Shown: positions 45,397 to 56,064, numbered from the stretch's first letter. The stretch is DNA of 64,000 nt from an uncultured Trueperaceae bacterium (GCA_963727505.1 CAVSGP010000009.1:681449-745448), one strand, 5' to 3'. Program-made: numbers and translations. The notes: generated by a model from the sequence alone, not told the origin.

Positions 45397-46653
45397 ATGG
45401 CTTCGAATCCGAGCAGGGAGCACGTCTACCAGCACCGCTTCGACAACGGACTGTGGCTGTTGTTCGAACCGATGCCGTGGTTGCCTACGCTGAGCACGAC
45501 ACTGATGGTCCCGTTCGGCTCCGCCACGGACCCCGACGGGCTCGAGGGCAGCGCCTCGGTGTTGCACGACTGGATCCAGCGGGGGGCGGGCGCCCTCGAC
45601 TCCCGCGCGCACTCCGACGCGCTGGAGGGGCTGGGCGTGCGGCGCGGGGGTGGAGCAGGACGCGAGATGGCGAGCCTGTCGGCTTCCTTCCTGGCGGCCG
45701 AGCTCCCCGACGTTCTGCCACTCATCGCATCGATGGCAGCCGAGCCGCGGCTCGAGGAGGCCGAGTTCGCTCCGGCGCGTGAGCTCGCCCAGCAGGAGTT
45801 GCAGTCGCTCGCCGACAATCCCACGCAGCGCCTGTTCAACGAGCTGATGGGGCGGTTCCTGGAGGACGGCCCGGGCCGCAGTCCCTTCGGCAGCGAAGCG
45901 GGGTTGGCGGCGCTGACGAGCGCGTCGGTACGCAAGGACGCTGCGCGGCGCCTGGGGCCGGGTGGCGCCATCCTGGCGCTGGCCGGGGGTGCGGACTGGG
46001 AGGCGGTGAAGGACGGCGCGGAGCGGGCCTTCGGCGCCTGGTCGGGGGAGACGGTGTCCCTGGCCGGTCCGGTCCTGCGCGCGCCCGGTCGCGCCCACGT
46101 GCAGGCGGACTCCGCCCAGACGCAGATCGGGCTGGCGTTCCCGGCGCCGGCGCCGTCGGATCCCGATGTCTACGCCTACGACCTCGCGTTGCATGTGTTG
46201 AGCGGCAGCATGGGGGCCCGGCTCTTCACCGAGGTCCGGGAGAAGCGTGGGCTGGTCTACAGCGTGGGCGCCTCCTACCGGGCGCTCCACGGTTTCGGCT
46301 ACACCCTCGGCTACGCCGGCACCACGCCGGAGCGTGCCGACGAAACGCTGCGCGTGGTGCTGGCCGAGCTCGCGAGACTGTCCGACGGTGTGGAGGCCGA
46401 CGAGCTCGAGCGCGCGCGCACCGGCACCCTGTCCTCGGTGGTGATGCAGGGCGAGTCGAGCGCCGCGCGCGCCTCGCGCCTCGCCTCCGACGCCGTGCTG
46501 CAGGGCCGCGCCCGCACGCTCGAAGAGATCCGCAACGAGGTGGAGAAGGTGGACCTGAAGCGCATCAACGACTACCTGGCCGAGCACCCCTTCCCCGATC
46601 CGACGGTGGTCACGCTCGGCCCGAAGGCGCTGGCCAGGGAGGAGGCGGCGTGA
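45397..46653 (+). CDS. M16 peptidase, non-catalytic subunit
   Basis: M16 fold motifs (RLFTEVREKRGLVYSV) but HXXEH is degenerate; leaderless, with TATACT 7 nt before ATG. Confidence 0.88.
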   Translation: MASNPSREHVYQHRFDNGLWLLFEPMPWLPTLSTTLMVPFGSATDPDGLEGSASVLHDWIQRGAGALDSRAHSDALEGLGVRRGGGAGREMASLSASFLAAELPDVLPLIASMAAEPRLEEAEFAPARELAQQELQSLADNPTQRLFNELMGRFLEDGPGRSPFGSEAGLAALTSASVRKDAARRLGPGGAILALAGGADWEAVKDGAERAFGAWSGETVSLAGPVLRAPGRAHVQADSAQTQIGLAFPAPAPSDPDVYAYDLALHVLSGSMGARLFTEVREKRGLVYSVGASYRALHGFGYTLGYAGTTPERADETLRVVLAELARLSDGVEADELERARTGTLSSVVMQGESSAARASRLASDAVLQGRARTLEEIRNEVEKVDLKRINDYLAEHPFPDPTVVTLGPKALAREEAA

Positions 46654-47915
46654 GCGCTCCCGCCGCCGAAGGTCTCCGGTTCGACCGGATGGTGCTCGAC
46701 AACGGCCTCACCGTCGTCGGCGAGTTCAACCCCTACGCCGCGACGGTAGCCGCCGGCTATTTCGTGCGTACCGGGGCCCGCGACGAGACGCCCGAGGTCG
46801 CCGGGGTGTCGCACTTCCTCGAGCACATGATGTTCAAGGGCACGGACCGGCGCAGCGCGGCCGACATCAACCGCAGCTTCGACGAGCTGGGAGCGCAATA
46901 CAACGCCTTCACGAGCGAGGAGCGCACCGTCTACTACGGGGCCCTGCTCCCCGACCGGCTTCCCAAGCTCCTCGACCTGCTGAGCGACATGATGCGGCCC
47001 GCGCTTCGCGCCGAGGATTTCGAGGTCGAGAAGAACGTCATCCTCGAGGAGATCGCCATGTACGAGGATCGGCCTCACTTCCGCGTCTTCGAGCTCGGCG
47101 GGCAGCACTTCTGGCACGGTCACCCGCTGGGCAACAGCGTGCTCGGGGGGCAGGCATCGATCCGCGCGCTGAAGCGCGAGCAGATGCTCGCGTACTTCGG
47201 CCGGCGCTACGCGCCATCCAACCTCACGCTGGCGGTCGCGGGCGCCTACGACTGGGAAGCGCTCACGTCGCAGGTCGGCGCGTTGACCTCCGGCTGGGAG
47301 CCGTACGACGTGACGCGGGAGTTCCCGACGCCCGACCCCGCACGCGGGGATGCGGGGACCGAGGACCCCAAGCTGGAGCGCGTCCACGCCGCCCTGTTCG
47401 CCCCGGGGCTGGCTGCCGACGACGACCGCCGCTACGCCGCCGCGGTCCTGGCCAACGTTCTGGGTGATGACAGCGGCTCGCGACTGTTCTGGAGCCTGGT
47501 GGACCGTGGTCTGGCCGACAGCGCCAGCCTTGGGCACGAAGCATCGGACGGCACGGGCGCCTACGTGGGCTATGTGAACGCGGCCCCGGAGCGGGCGGCC
47601 GAGGTGCTCGACACGTTCCGGCGTGTCGTGGTGGGCGCGCAGGACGAACCGCTCGAACCGGCGGAGTGGCGCCGGGCGCAGCGCAAGCTGGCGACCGGCC
47701 TCACGCTGCGCGCCGAGACGCCGCTCGGCCGTCTCGTCTCGCTGGGCGTGGGCCACCAGACGCTGGGCCGCTACCAGAGCGTGCAGGAGGTCGTCGACGC
47801 CGTGATGAGCAGCTCCGTGGAGCAGGGCAGAGCGCTGCTGAATGAGCGTCCGTTCGATCGTCTGTACGTGCACACCCTGGGTCCGGGCGCGGTTCCCGGT
47901 GGTGAGCGGTCGTAG
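46650..47915 (+). CDS. M16 zinc peptidase, catalytic subunit
   Basis: GVSHFLEHMMFKGT, NAFTSEE and EKNVILEEI motifs. Confidence 0.93.
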   Translation: MSAPAAEGLRFDRMVLDNGLTVVGEFNPYAATVAAGYFVRTGARDETPEVAGVSHFLEHMMFKGTDRRSAADINRSFDELGAQYNAFTSEERTVYYGALLPDRLPKLLDLLSDMMRPALRAEDFEVEKNVILEEIAMYEDRPHFRVFELGGQHFWHGHPLGNSVLGGQASIRALKREQMLAYFGRRYAPSNLTLAVAGAYDWEALTSQVGALTSGWEPYDVTREFPTPDPARGDAGTEDPKLERVHAALFAPGLAADDDRRYAAAVLANVLGDDSGSRLFWSLVDRGLADSASLGHEASDGTGAYVGYVNAAPERAAEVLDTFRRVVVGAQDEPLEPAEWRRAQRKLATGLTLRAETPLGRLVSLGVGHQTLGRYQSVQEVVDAVMSSSVEQGRALLNERPFDRLYVHTLGPGAVPGGERS

Positions 47916-47924
47916 ACCATCTTC

Positions 47925-48599
47925 ATGCGGCACCCAAGTAGACTGGGGGGCGTGCGAGCTCTCGTCGGCGTCCTCCTGATCCTGATCATGGCGGGAGGGG
48001 CGGCGTGTGCCGAGACCGCTCCCTTCGCCGCGCTCACCGTCACGCCCGACGGCCCCCAGCGCTACGACATCACCACCGGCGTGACCACGTTGCCCCAGGG
48101 CGGCACGGTGGTCGATCAGGACACCGGCGTCACGCTGCAGGCCGCGTCCATGCAGTACGTCGAGGGCGCGAGCATCGACGCCAAGGATGCCAGCGTGTCG
48201 GGGAGCTTCGGCCGGCTCACGGCGACCTCCATCCACATCGACGTCCCGGCCGGGACGCTGCGCGCCAGCGGCGACCTGCAACTCGTCCGCGACGGGCTGA
48301 CGTTGCAGGCCGATGCGCTGCGTTTCGACGCCGGCCGCCAGGTGGTCGACTTCACCGGCCCCGTGACCGGGGCGTCGCCCGACTTCCGCGCCGACCGGGT
48401 GCTGCTCGACGCCAGGAGTGGCGACGTGCTGCTCCTCGGGCAGTACCGCTTCCGCCAGGGCGCACTGACGTTGACCTCGCCGACGGGCGGGGGACGGCTC
48501 GAGCTGCACTTCCACCAGATCGATGGCAAGCCCGTCTACGACGCCGCTACCGAGGCCTCGCCCGCGTTGCTGGCGCGCTTCTCCGCCGAGCTCCGCTGA
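47925..48599 (+). CDS. Exported beta-jellyroll (LptA/LptC/OstA-like) protein
   Basis: Signal peptide; repeated L.A..L.(F/Y)D....L.A.G beta-strand pattern; upstream of LptD-like and LptF-like genes. Confidence 0.6.
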   Translation: MRHPSRLGGVRALVGVLLILIMAGGAACAETAPFAALTVTPDGPQRYDITTGVTTLPQGGTVVDQDTGVTLQAASMQYVEGASIDAKDASVSGSFGRLTATSIHIDVPAGTLRASGDLQLVRDGLTLQADALRFDAGRQVVDFTGPVTGASPDFRADRVLLDARSGDVLLLGQYRFRQGALTLTSPTGGGRLELHFHQIDGKPVYDAATEASPALLARFSAELR

Positions 48600-48611
48600 G
48601 CGCCGTACCGG

Positions 48612-50774
48612 ATGCGGCGCACCCGGTACCCCCTCGTTCTCCTGCTGCTGCTCGTTGCCGGCGCGGCGTCGGCGCAGTGCGAGCGGGGCCCCACCACGTC
48701 CGAGCTGTCGATCCGCGGCTTCGGGGCGGCATACTTCCAGCAGGTCCGCACCGACAGCGCCAACGACAGCGTCGAGTTCTACGGCGGCGTGTGCCTGACG
48801 GGGGAGGGGGTGGGATGGACGGTGCTGGCCGATCGGGTGACCATCCGGGGTCTGAGCGGCCAACTCGCGGTCAGCGCGCAGAGCCCGACCCTCCACCTGG
48901 AGGGCTGGACGCTGACGGCGTCCGATCTCCACGCCGATCGCCGCGAGCTCACGATGAACGTCGTCCAGGTCGAAGGGAAGGACGTGGGCGGTACCGCCTC
49001 GAAGGTGACGGTCGATCTGCAGCAGGGCACGATGCAGCTCGATCAGGCGGCACTGCGGGGCCCCACCTTCTCGGTTCGCGGCACGCGCGCCACGGTCACC
49101 TCGGACACCGTCACGCTCGACCAGCCCCTGATCACCACCTGCACCTGCGCCGGACCTCCCCTGTACGACGTGCGGGGGAGGTCCGCGCGGCTCGACTTGC
49201 GGAGTCAGAGCGTGGTGCTGCAGGATGGCCGTCTGAACGCGGGCCCCGTGACGCTACCGCTCAGCGCGTCGCTCACGCTCTCCGAGAAGACGCTCAAGGA
49301 TCTGAGCGTCCCCGTGAAGGTGAGTTACGTTCCGAGCGACGCCGCAGCCGGTGTCACCGGGACCGGGCTCGGGGTCACCGTGGGCCCGGTGGGCTTGGGG
49401 CCGGGGGTGCGCGCCGACGTGGGTGTGACCGGTCTGGACGCTGCATATCCGCTCTCCGGCGTCGCCCTGATGACGGGGAAGGCGGCCGGCGACGCCTTCA
49501 GCTTCGGCAAGGCCCCGGGCGGCCTGCGCTTCGAGATGACCAGCGATCACCCCCTGCTGCCGTGGCTCGACGCCGGATTCGACACCCGCGTGCTCGAGCC
49601 GGGGAACCACGACACCCTCCGCGAGGGTGTGCTCCACCTGCGCGCCCACACGCCGCTACCTTCGCTCCACGGCGTCGCCGCACTGCAACTGATCGCGGCC
49701 GGCTCGTCGCAGGCGCCCGGCGCCGGCCCCGTCGCCGGCGCGCGCCTCGGTGCCACGGGCTCGCTTCGGGTGGCCACGGCGCCGGCGCCGTGGGGCCGGG
49801 TGACATTCCGGACCGTCCTCAGCGGGAGCCTGTACCCCGACCAGCGAGCGTCGCAATGGGGAGTCGAGCTGCAACCGGGGTACGGCGTGCGTGTGGGGCC
49901 CGCACAGATCGACATCGGTTACCTGGCGCGCTTCACCGACAGCGGATCACCCTTCACGACCACGCTCGACCGGCTGGAGCCGGTGCAGCGCCCCAGCCTG
50001 AACGTCAGCGTCAAGGGTGCCTGGGACCCCGGCTGGAGCGCGTCGGCGACCCTCGCGGCGAGCTACGATCTCGTGGCCGCGCCATCGGTCGACACGGGGC
50101 CCAACCGGCTCCAGGTGAGCGTGTCCGTGGTGCGCCAGCTCGGGGCGTGGCGCGTGAGCACCGGCCTCGACGGCGCGCTTCAGGGCGTGCTCGCGCCCAA
50201 CGGCGAACGCGACGGCTATCTGCAGGGCAGCGTGAGCGTGGCCGACGGAGGTCTGGACTTCGGCGCGCGCGCCCGCTACACCTGGGCGCCCGACCCCGTC
50301 GGTCTCGATCGCCTGGAGCTGAGTGCGGCCGTGCCGATCGAGCTCCCCGGCGTCGAGCTCAAGCCCTACCTGGCGCTGAACTTCGCGCCGACCCTGACGG
50401 GCGGAGCCCTGCCCACCATCAGCGGGCACGGGCTCGACCTCACCTTCGTGACCTGCTGTGGTGCGCTACAACTCGGCTACCGCGATCAGGACGGGACCTG
50501 GAGTGTGTCCGTCTCGGTCGACCTGCAGCGTCGAGCGGTCGGCAGCGCCCAGGCGACCGGTTCCGGATGCGCTGGCCCGAGGGCCGGGCCTTCGACGCTC
50601 GCGGTCGCCGGGAGCGGAGGCGCGACCTGCGAGGCCGGGTCGGCGGCCGGGACCCCGCGCACGACCACCCCCGGGTCCACGAACGGGTCCACCACTGCGT
50701 CCACCACCGAGTCCACCACTGCGTCCGGCACGGGTATCATGGCCGGAGCCGCGGCCGGCACGCCCCCACCATGA
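48612..50774 (+). CDS. LptD-like outer-membrane protein (N-terminal jellyroll plus beta-barrel)
   Basis: ITTCTC...P.Y motif typical of the LptD N-domain; C-terminal amphipathic strands with a TCC pair; low-complexity S/T tail. Confidence 0.7.
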   Translation: MRRTRYPLVLLLLLVAGAASAQCERGPTTSELSIRGFGAAYFQQVRTDSANDSVEFYGGVCLTGEGVGWTVLADRVTIRGLSGQLAVSAQSPTLHLEGWTLTASDLHADRRELTMNVVQVEGKDVGGTASKVTVDLQQGTMQLDQAALRGPTFSVRGTRATVTSDTVTLDQPLITTCTCAGPPLYDVRGRSARLDLRSQSVVLQDGRLNAGPVTLPLSASLTLSEKTLKDLSVPVKVSYVPSDAAAGVTGTGLGVTVGPVGLGPGVRADVGVTGLDAAYPLSGVALMTGKAAGDAFSFGKAPGGLRFEMTSDHPLLPWLDAGFDTRVLEPGNHDTLREGVLHLRAHTPLPSLHGVAALQLIAAGSSQAPGAGPVAGARLGATGSLRVATAPAPWGRVTFRTVLSGSLYPDQRASQWGVELQPGYGVRVGPAQIDIGYLARFTDSGSPFTTTLDRLEPVQRPSLNVSVKGAWDPGWSASATLAASYDLVAAPSVDTGPNRLQVSVSVVRQLGAWRVSTGLDGALQGVLAPNGERDGYLQGSVSVADGGLDFGARARYTWAPDPVGLDRLELSAAVPIELPGVELKPYLALNFAPTLTGGALPTISGHGLDLTFVTCCGALQLGYRDQDGTWSVSVSVDLQRRAVGSAQATGSGCAGPRAGPSTLAVAGSGGATCEAGSAAGTPRTTTPGSTNGSTTASTTESTTASGTGIMAGAAAGTPPP

Positions 50775-50851
50775 AGCCGCTGTCTCGGAGGCGCAGGTGG
50801 TGACGGCGGGCGGCCAGCGCCCGAGCCGGGGCTCGAGGGACGCCACCTGAC

Positions 50852-51979
50852 GTGACGAGGATCGACCGCTACCTGCTTCGCGAGAGCGTGCCGCCGCTGC
50901 TGTTCGGGCTGCTGCTCTACGCCGGTCTGGCCGTGATCAGCACCACCTTGCCACGGCTGCAGTGGGTGGTCGGCACGCCCATCCTGCGGCTGGCGGGCTG
51001 GCTGGCGCTGCAACTCCCTACGGCCATGGAGCAGACGCTGCCGATCGCGCTGGTGCTGGCCGTGCTGCTGGCGTTCGGGCGGCTCGGAACGGACAACGAG
51101 TTGCTGGCCATGCAGGCGGGAACGGTCTCGCTGCTGCGCACGAGCGCGGTGTTCATCGCGGCCGGCCTGGTGGCCGCGGGCGGCGCGCTGGCGCTCAACC
51201 AGTGGGTGCTGCCCACCACCAACGGGATGGTCGCCGAGCAGTACTGGCGGCTCACGGCGGGTTCGAGCGGGCTGTTCCGGCTGGCGGGCCAGAACGTCCC
51301 GGTCGGCGACTTCACGCTGCGGTTCCAGAACGCGAACAGGGCCGACGACACCATGCTCGGCGTTCGGGTCGAGCGCTGGAACGGCCAGAAGCTCACGCTA
51401 CTGCGGGCCAGGAGCGCCACCTTCCGCGGCACCGACCTGGTGCTCAAGGGTTACGACCTCACCGTTCTCGACTTCTCTGCGCTCGACGCCGTGCAGGGCG
51501 ATCCGAGGCAGGCACTGTCGCAGCTCGTGCGGGTGCTCAACCGTCCCAGCGACCCCGCCGCCACCCTCACCCTCACCACGTCGTTGACGGAGAAGGACCT
51601 CATCAGCCGCTTCAGCCGGGGGGGCTTCGAGGACAGCCGCTCCATCGCCGGCGCCTGGCGAGACGCGCACGACGCCAGCCTCTCGTATCACGACCGGCGT
51701 CAGGCGGCGGTGCTGTTCCAGCGCATGCTGGCCGAGCCCTTCGCCAACCTGACGCTGTTGCTGGTGGCCATCCCGCTGGCGCTGCTCTACGCCGGGAGCC
51801 GGGGGGTGGCGTTCGGCCTGTCGCTGGTGGTGACGCTGGTGTGGTACGTGCTGCTGACCTTCGGACAGCTGTTCTCGCAGACGGGAGCATTGCCCGTGTG
51901 GCTGGGCCCGTGGCTCGGTAACCTGGTGCTTGCGGCCGTCGGAGCCTTCCTGCTGACCCGGCGCGTGCGTCTGCGCTAG
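50852..51979 (+). CDS. LptF/LptG family permease
   Basis: RIDRYLLRE, LPIALVLAVLLAFGRLGTDNELLAMQAG and PVWLGPWLGN motifs. Confidence 0.9.
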   Translation: MTRIDRYLLRESVPPLLFGLLLYAGLAVISTTLPRLQWVVGTPILRLAGWLALQLPTAMEQTLPIALVLAVLLAFGRLGTDNELLAMQAGTVSLLRTSAVFIAAGLVAAGGALALNQWVLPTTNGMVAEQYWRLTAGSSGLFRLAGQNVPVGDFTLRFQNANRADDTMLGVRVERWNGQKLTLLRARSATFRGTDLVLKGYDLTVLDFSALDAVQGDPRQALSQLVRVLNRPSDPAATLTLTTSLTEKDLISRFSRGGFEDSRSIAGAWRDAHDASLSYHDRRQAAVLFQRMLAEPFANLTLLLVAIPLALLYAGSRGVAFGLSLVVTLVWYVLLTFGQLFSQTGALPVWLGPWLGNLVLAAVGAFLLTRRVRLR

Positions 51980-52057
51980 CGCGGCGCGGTTGCCGACGCG
52001 TGTCCGTCGGGCCCGGCGCGGGAAAAGCGTCCCCCTGGTGATAGACTGATACGCCTA

Positions 52058-54250
52058 ATGGATGGGCTCCTGGCCAGCCTCGACGCCGCCACCGACTACC
52101 TCACGCCCGTGGACCGCGATCGCGTCTCGGAAGCCTTCCGGTTCGCCGACGAGGCCCATCGCGGCATGAAGCGGCGCTCGGGGGAGGCGTACATCACCCA
52201 CCCCGTGGCGGTGACCGCCCTGTTGGCGGAGATGCACCTCGACGTCAACGCCCTGATGGCGGGTCTGCTCCACGACACCGTCGAGGACACCCCGGCCACC
52301 CTGGAGCAGATCGAGCAGCACTTCGGCGAGCCGGTGCGCCGCATCGTCGAGGGCGAGACCAAGATCAGCAAGCTCGCCGTGCGCGTCTACGAGGACGAGC
52401 AGTCGGAGAACTTGCGCCAGATGCTGCTCGCCATGGTGTCCGACGCGCGCATCATCCTGGTCAAGCTCGCCGACCGGCTGCACAACATGCGCACGCTGGC
52501 CAGCATGCCGCCGGCGAAACAGCAGCGCATCAGCAAGGAGACGCTCGAGATCTTCGCGCCGCTGGCGCACCGGCTGGGCATCAACCACATCAAGAACGAG
52601 CTCGAGGACCTGAGCTTCTACTACCTCGAGCCGGAACGCTACCGGCAGCTCGAGCGGCAGGTGCGCATGCGCCACGCCGAGCGCGAGGCGTACGTGCAGG
52701 AGTCGATCGAGTTGCTCGCCGAGCGCCTGAAGTGGGAGGGGCTCACCTCCGAGCTCTCGGGCCGCAGCAAGCACCTGTACAGCATCTACCGCAAGATGCA
52801 GCGCGACAACAAGAACCTCGACCAGATCTTCGACCTGATGGCCATCCGCGCCATCCTCGCGCCCGACAAGCCGATGCCGGGGATGGCGCCCGAGGACGCC
52901 GAGAAGGCCGTGTGCTACCGGGCGCTCGGCCTCGTGCACAGCCTGTGGACGCCGATCCCCGGGCGCTTCAAGGACTACGTGGCGGTCCCCAAGCCCAACG
53001 GCTACCAGTCGCTGCACACCACCGTCATCGGCCTGCTGGGGCAGCCCATCGAGGTGCAGATCCGCACCCACCGCATGCACGAGGTGGCCGAGTTCGGGGT
53101 CGCGGCGCACTGGGCCTACAAGCAGGGTATCGACGACACCGACGAGGTCAAGAAGCGCCTGGAATGGATGAAGCAGCTCCTCGAGGTCGACACCACCTCC
53201 GAGGACGCCGGCGCCTTCGTCGACGCGGTCAAGAACGACTACCTGGCCGAGCGCGTGCTGGTGTTCACGCCGGCGGGCGACGTGGTGAACCTGCCGCGTG
53301 GCAGCACCCCCATCGACTTCGCCTACCAGGTGCACACGCAGGTCGGCCACCGCTGCATCGGCGCGCGCGTCAACGGTGAGATCGTGCCGCTCGGCTACGA
53401 GCTGCAGACCGGCGACCGGGTCGAGATCCTGACCAACCGCAGCAGCCAGTACGGGCCCTCCAGCGGCTGGCTCAACACCGTCGTGACGCGGAGCGCCAAG
53501 CAGAAGATCCGCCACTACTTCCGGCAGCAGGAGCGGCAGGGCAACCTGGAGTCGGGCAAGCGGGCGCTGGAGCGCGCCCTGCGCCGCAGGCAACTGCCGC
53601 TGGGATCGCTCACCACCAAGGCGAAGCTCGAGAGCGCGGCGCGCAAGCTGCTCAATTCCGATTCCGCCGACGACCTCTACCTGGCGATCGAGAACCACCG
53701 CATGCCGGTGAAGCAGGTCGTCGAGACGCTGGCCCCCGACCAGGTCAAGGAGCGCAAGCCCTCGCAGCCCGCACCGGGGGAGCGGAAGAGCGTCAGCGGC
53801 GTCTACGTCGACGGCCTCGACGCGCCGGCCAAGCTCGCCCAGTGCTGCTCGCCGGTGCGCGGCGACGACGTCGTGGGCTACATCACGCGCGGCCGCGGCA
53901 TCACGGTGCACCGCGTGGACTGCCCCAACGTCAAGCACCTGATGGTGACCGAGAGCGAGCGCTTCGTCAACGTGACCTGGGACGTGCCCTCGGGCGAGGT
54001 GTTCGCCGTCGATTTCGAGGTCGTCGCCGTCGACCGGCCGGGGTTGCTCAAGGACGTTCTCGACGTGATCGGCGGCATGAACAAGAGCGCCACGCGGGTG
54101 ACGGCGGACGTGCAGAGCGCCTCGAAGGCCCGCATCCACTTCCGGGTCGACGTGAAGGACCAGAGCGAGATCGAGTTCATCAAGGACAACGTGGCGCGCA
54201 TCACCGACGTGTCGCAGGTGTACCGGGCGAAGCCGGGGTTGAAGGCGTGA
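52058..54250 (+). CDS. rel: Bifunctional (p)ppGpp synthetase/hydrolase Rel
   Basis: SGEAYITHP, LLHDTVEDT, KLADRLHNMRT and PKPNGYQSLHT motifs; TGS (TPIDFAY), ZFD (CCSPVRGD, HRVDC) and ACT domains. Confidence 0.97.
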   Translation: MDGLLASLDAATDYLTPVDRDRVSEAFRFADEAHRGMKRRSGEAYITHPVAVTALLAEMHLDVNALMAGLLHDTVEDTPATLEQIEQHFGEPVRRIVEGETKISKLAVRVYEDEQSENLRQMLLAMVSDARIILVKLADRLHNMRTLASMPPAKQQRISKETLEIFAPLAHRLGINHIKNELEDLSFYYLEPERYRQLERQVRMRHAEREAYVQESIELLAERLKWEGLTSELSGRSKHLYSIYRKMQRDNKNLDQIFDLMAIRAILAPDKPMPGMAPEDAEKAVCYRALGLVHSLWTPIPGRFKDYVAVPKPNGYQSLHTTVIGLLGQPIEVQIRTHRMHEVAEFGVAAHWAYKQGIDDTDEVKKRLEWMKQLLEVDTTSEDAGAFVDAVKNDYLAERVLVFTPAGDVVNLPRGSTPIDFAYQVHTQVGHRCIGARVNGEIVPLGYELQTGDRVEILTNRSSQYGPSSGWLNTVVTRSAKQKIRHYFRQQERQGNLESGKRALERALRRRQLPLGSLTTKAKLESAARKLLNSDSADDLYLAIENHRMPVKQVVETLAPDQVKERKPSQPAPGERKSVSGVYVDGLDAPAKLAQCCSPVRGDDVVGYITRGRGITVHRVDCPNVKHLMVTESERFVNVTWDVPSGEVFAVDFEVVAVDRPGLLKDVLDVIGGMNKSATRVTADVQSASKARIHFRVDVKDQSEIEFIKDNVARITDVSQVYRAKPGLKA

Positions 54251-54354
54251 GGTGGCCCGCTGGATCGCAGCTTGGGGCGGGTAGACCGGTCTATATCTTG
54301 CGCGCCGATGCGTCGCTCACGGGCTCGGTCGCCGCGGTGCTACGGTAGGCGGCG

Positions 54355-54843
54355 ATGTCCGAGAGCGTCAGCATCCTGTTCGTGTGCATGGGCAACATCT
54401 GCCGTTCGCCGATGGCGCACGGCGTCTTCCGGCGTCTCGTGGACGAGGCCGGCCTGGCCGACCGCGTCGTCCTCGACTCGGCCGGCACCATCGACTATCA
54501 CGCAGGCGAGCCGCCCGACCGGCGGGCGATCGCGACGGCCGGCGGACGCGGCGTGGACATCGCCGACCTGCGGGCAAGGGCGGTGCGCGCCGAGGACTGC
54601 GCCCGCTTCGATCTGGTCCTAGCGATGGACCGCGGCAACTACAACCGCTTGCAGAAGCTCTGCAACGGGGCCGGGGATGTGCGCTTGTTCCTGGACTTCG
54701 CCCGCGGCCGGCGCGAGCAGGAGGTCCCCGATCCCTACAGTGGCGGACCCGAGGGGTTCGAGTACGTGCTGGACCTCATCGAGGCAGGGGCGGCGGGGCT
54801 GCTCGACGAGGTGAGGCGTCGACTGAAGGAAGCCGTGCCGTGA
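54355..54843 (+). CDS. Low-molecular-weight protein-tyrosine phosphatase
   Basis: VCMGNICRSPMA, DSAGT and VPDPY motifs. Confidence 0.94.
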   Translation: MSESVSILFVCMGNICRSPMAHGVFRRLVDEAGLADRVVLDSAGTIDYHAGEPPDRRAIATAGGRGVDIADLRARAVRAEDCARFDLVLAMDRGNYNRLQKLCNGAGDVRLFLDFARGRREQEVPDPYSGGPEGFEYVLDLIEAGAAGLLDEVRRRLKEAVP

Positions 54844-54877
54844 TCTCGAGCCCCTTGGCTTCGGGCGCGCACGGCCG

Positions 54878-55739
54878 GTGAGCTCCCGCGCACCCGGCAT
54901 CGTCCGTCGGCTCGAGCTGGTGCTGGGCAGTGCGGTGGAGGAGACGGCGCCGCTGGGTGGTGGACAGGTGGGGCGGGTGCTCCGTTGCCGGCTCGCGGAC
55001 GGTCGCGAGGTGGTCGCCAAGACCTCGCCCGGTACTCCGCTGGACGTCGAGGCCTTCATGCTCCGCTACCTGGGAGAGCACACCGCGCTCCCCGTCCCGG
55101 CCGTGCTCCACGCCGAGCCCGACCTGCTCGTGTTGTCCTTCGTGCACGGGACATCGGCCGTTTCGGAGGCCGCGGAGCGGGATGCCGGGCGGATGCTCGC
55201 CTCCTTGCACGAGAAGTCCGCCGAACGCTTCGGCTTCGAGCGCGACACCCTGCATCGGACCGTTCGTGCTCGACAACACCTGGACCGCGTCGTGGCCGGA
55301 GTTCTACGCGCGCCGGCGGCTGCTGCCGATGGCGGCGATCGCGGCCGAGCGAGGCGCCCTGCCACCCGAGGACCGGCGGCGCGTCGAGCGCCTGGCCGGG
55401 GACCTGCCCGAGCGTTTCGAGGCCGCGCCGACGCCGTCGCTGATCCACGGCGACGTGTGGGGCGGCAACGTGCTCGCCCGGGGCGGACGCATCGAGGCGT
55501 TCCTCGACCCCGCCCTCTACTTCGCCGACGCCGAGGTCGAGCTGGCGTTCATCGACCTGTTCCACACCTTCGGGAGCGCGTTCTACGAGGCGTACGAGGC
55601 TCGGCGGCCGATCGATGCGGGGTACCGGCGCTGGCGGCGGGACCTGTACCAGGTGTTCCCGTTGCTGGTGCACGTGGCGTTGTTCGGGGGTGCGTACGTC
55701 GGCGGCCTGCGCGAGCGGTTGCGGCGTCTGGGGGTCTGA
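54878..55739 (+). pseudogene. Fructosamine kinase family protein with one frameshift (~55253; may be a sequencing error)
   Basis: The N-half (EAFML..L, FGFERDT) and C-half (IGP, SLIHGDVWGGN, DPALY...EVELAF) lie in different frames; removing one C joins them. Confidence 0.85.
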
Positions 55740-56064
55740 CATGCCACCGGGACCGTGTTCGTGCGTCGCTCAGGTCGTCTGAAGATGTGAGATGCCATCG
55801 ACGGTCGCGGGATTCGGGCGACAAGTTCGCGCGACAAGAGTGCCCCGCCGGTGGCCAACGGCACCTGACGATCACCCCTTAAGGCTGCTTCTTCCGACCT
55901 GACCTGATTCGGGGGTCGCCACCGCGTTGGGCCGGCGGGGCGTTTGCGAGCCTACCATGCGGCGGAGTGCGCGGGCTAGTCAGCGTGCGACTGCATGTCC
56001 GCGCCGGAGTCGTCACCCGCTGACTTCGCGAATGTTGAGCGGCCCCCGGCATTGTGGGAAATTT

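Noticed and set aside
50673..50726. Degenerate 12-bp tandem repeat (GnGTCCACnAnn x ~4)
   Set aside because: In-frame low-complexity STTA/STTE tail of the LptD-like protein; no spacers, so not CRISPR.
50771..50850. Chain of two overlapping mini-ORFs between the lptD-like and lptF-like genes
   Set aside because: Easily arises by chance with frequent GTGA/ATGA in GC-rich DNA; no further support.
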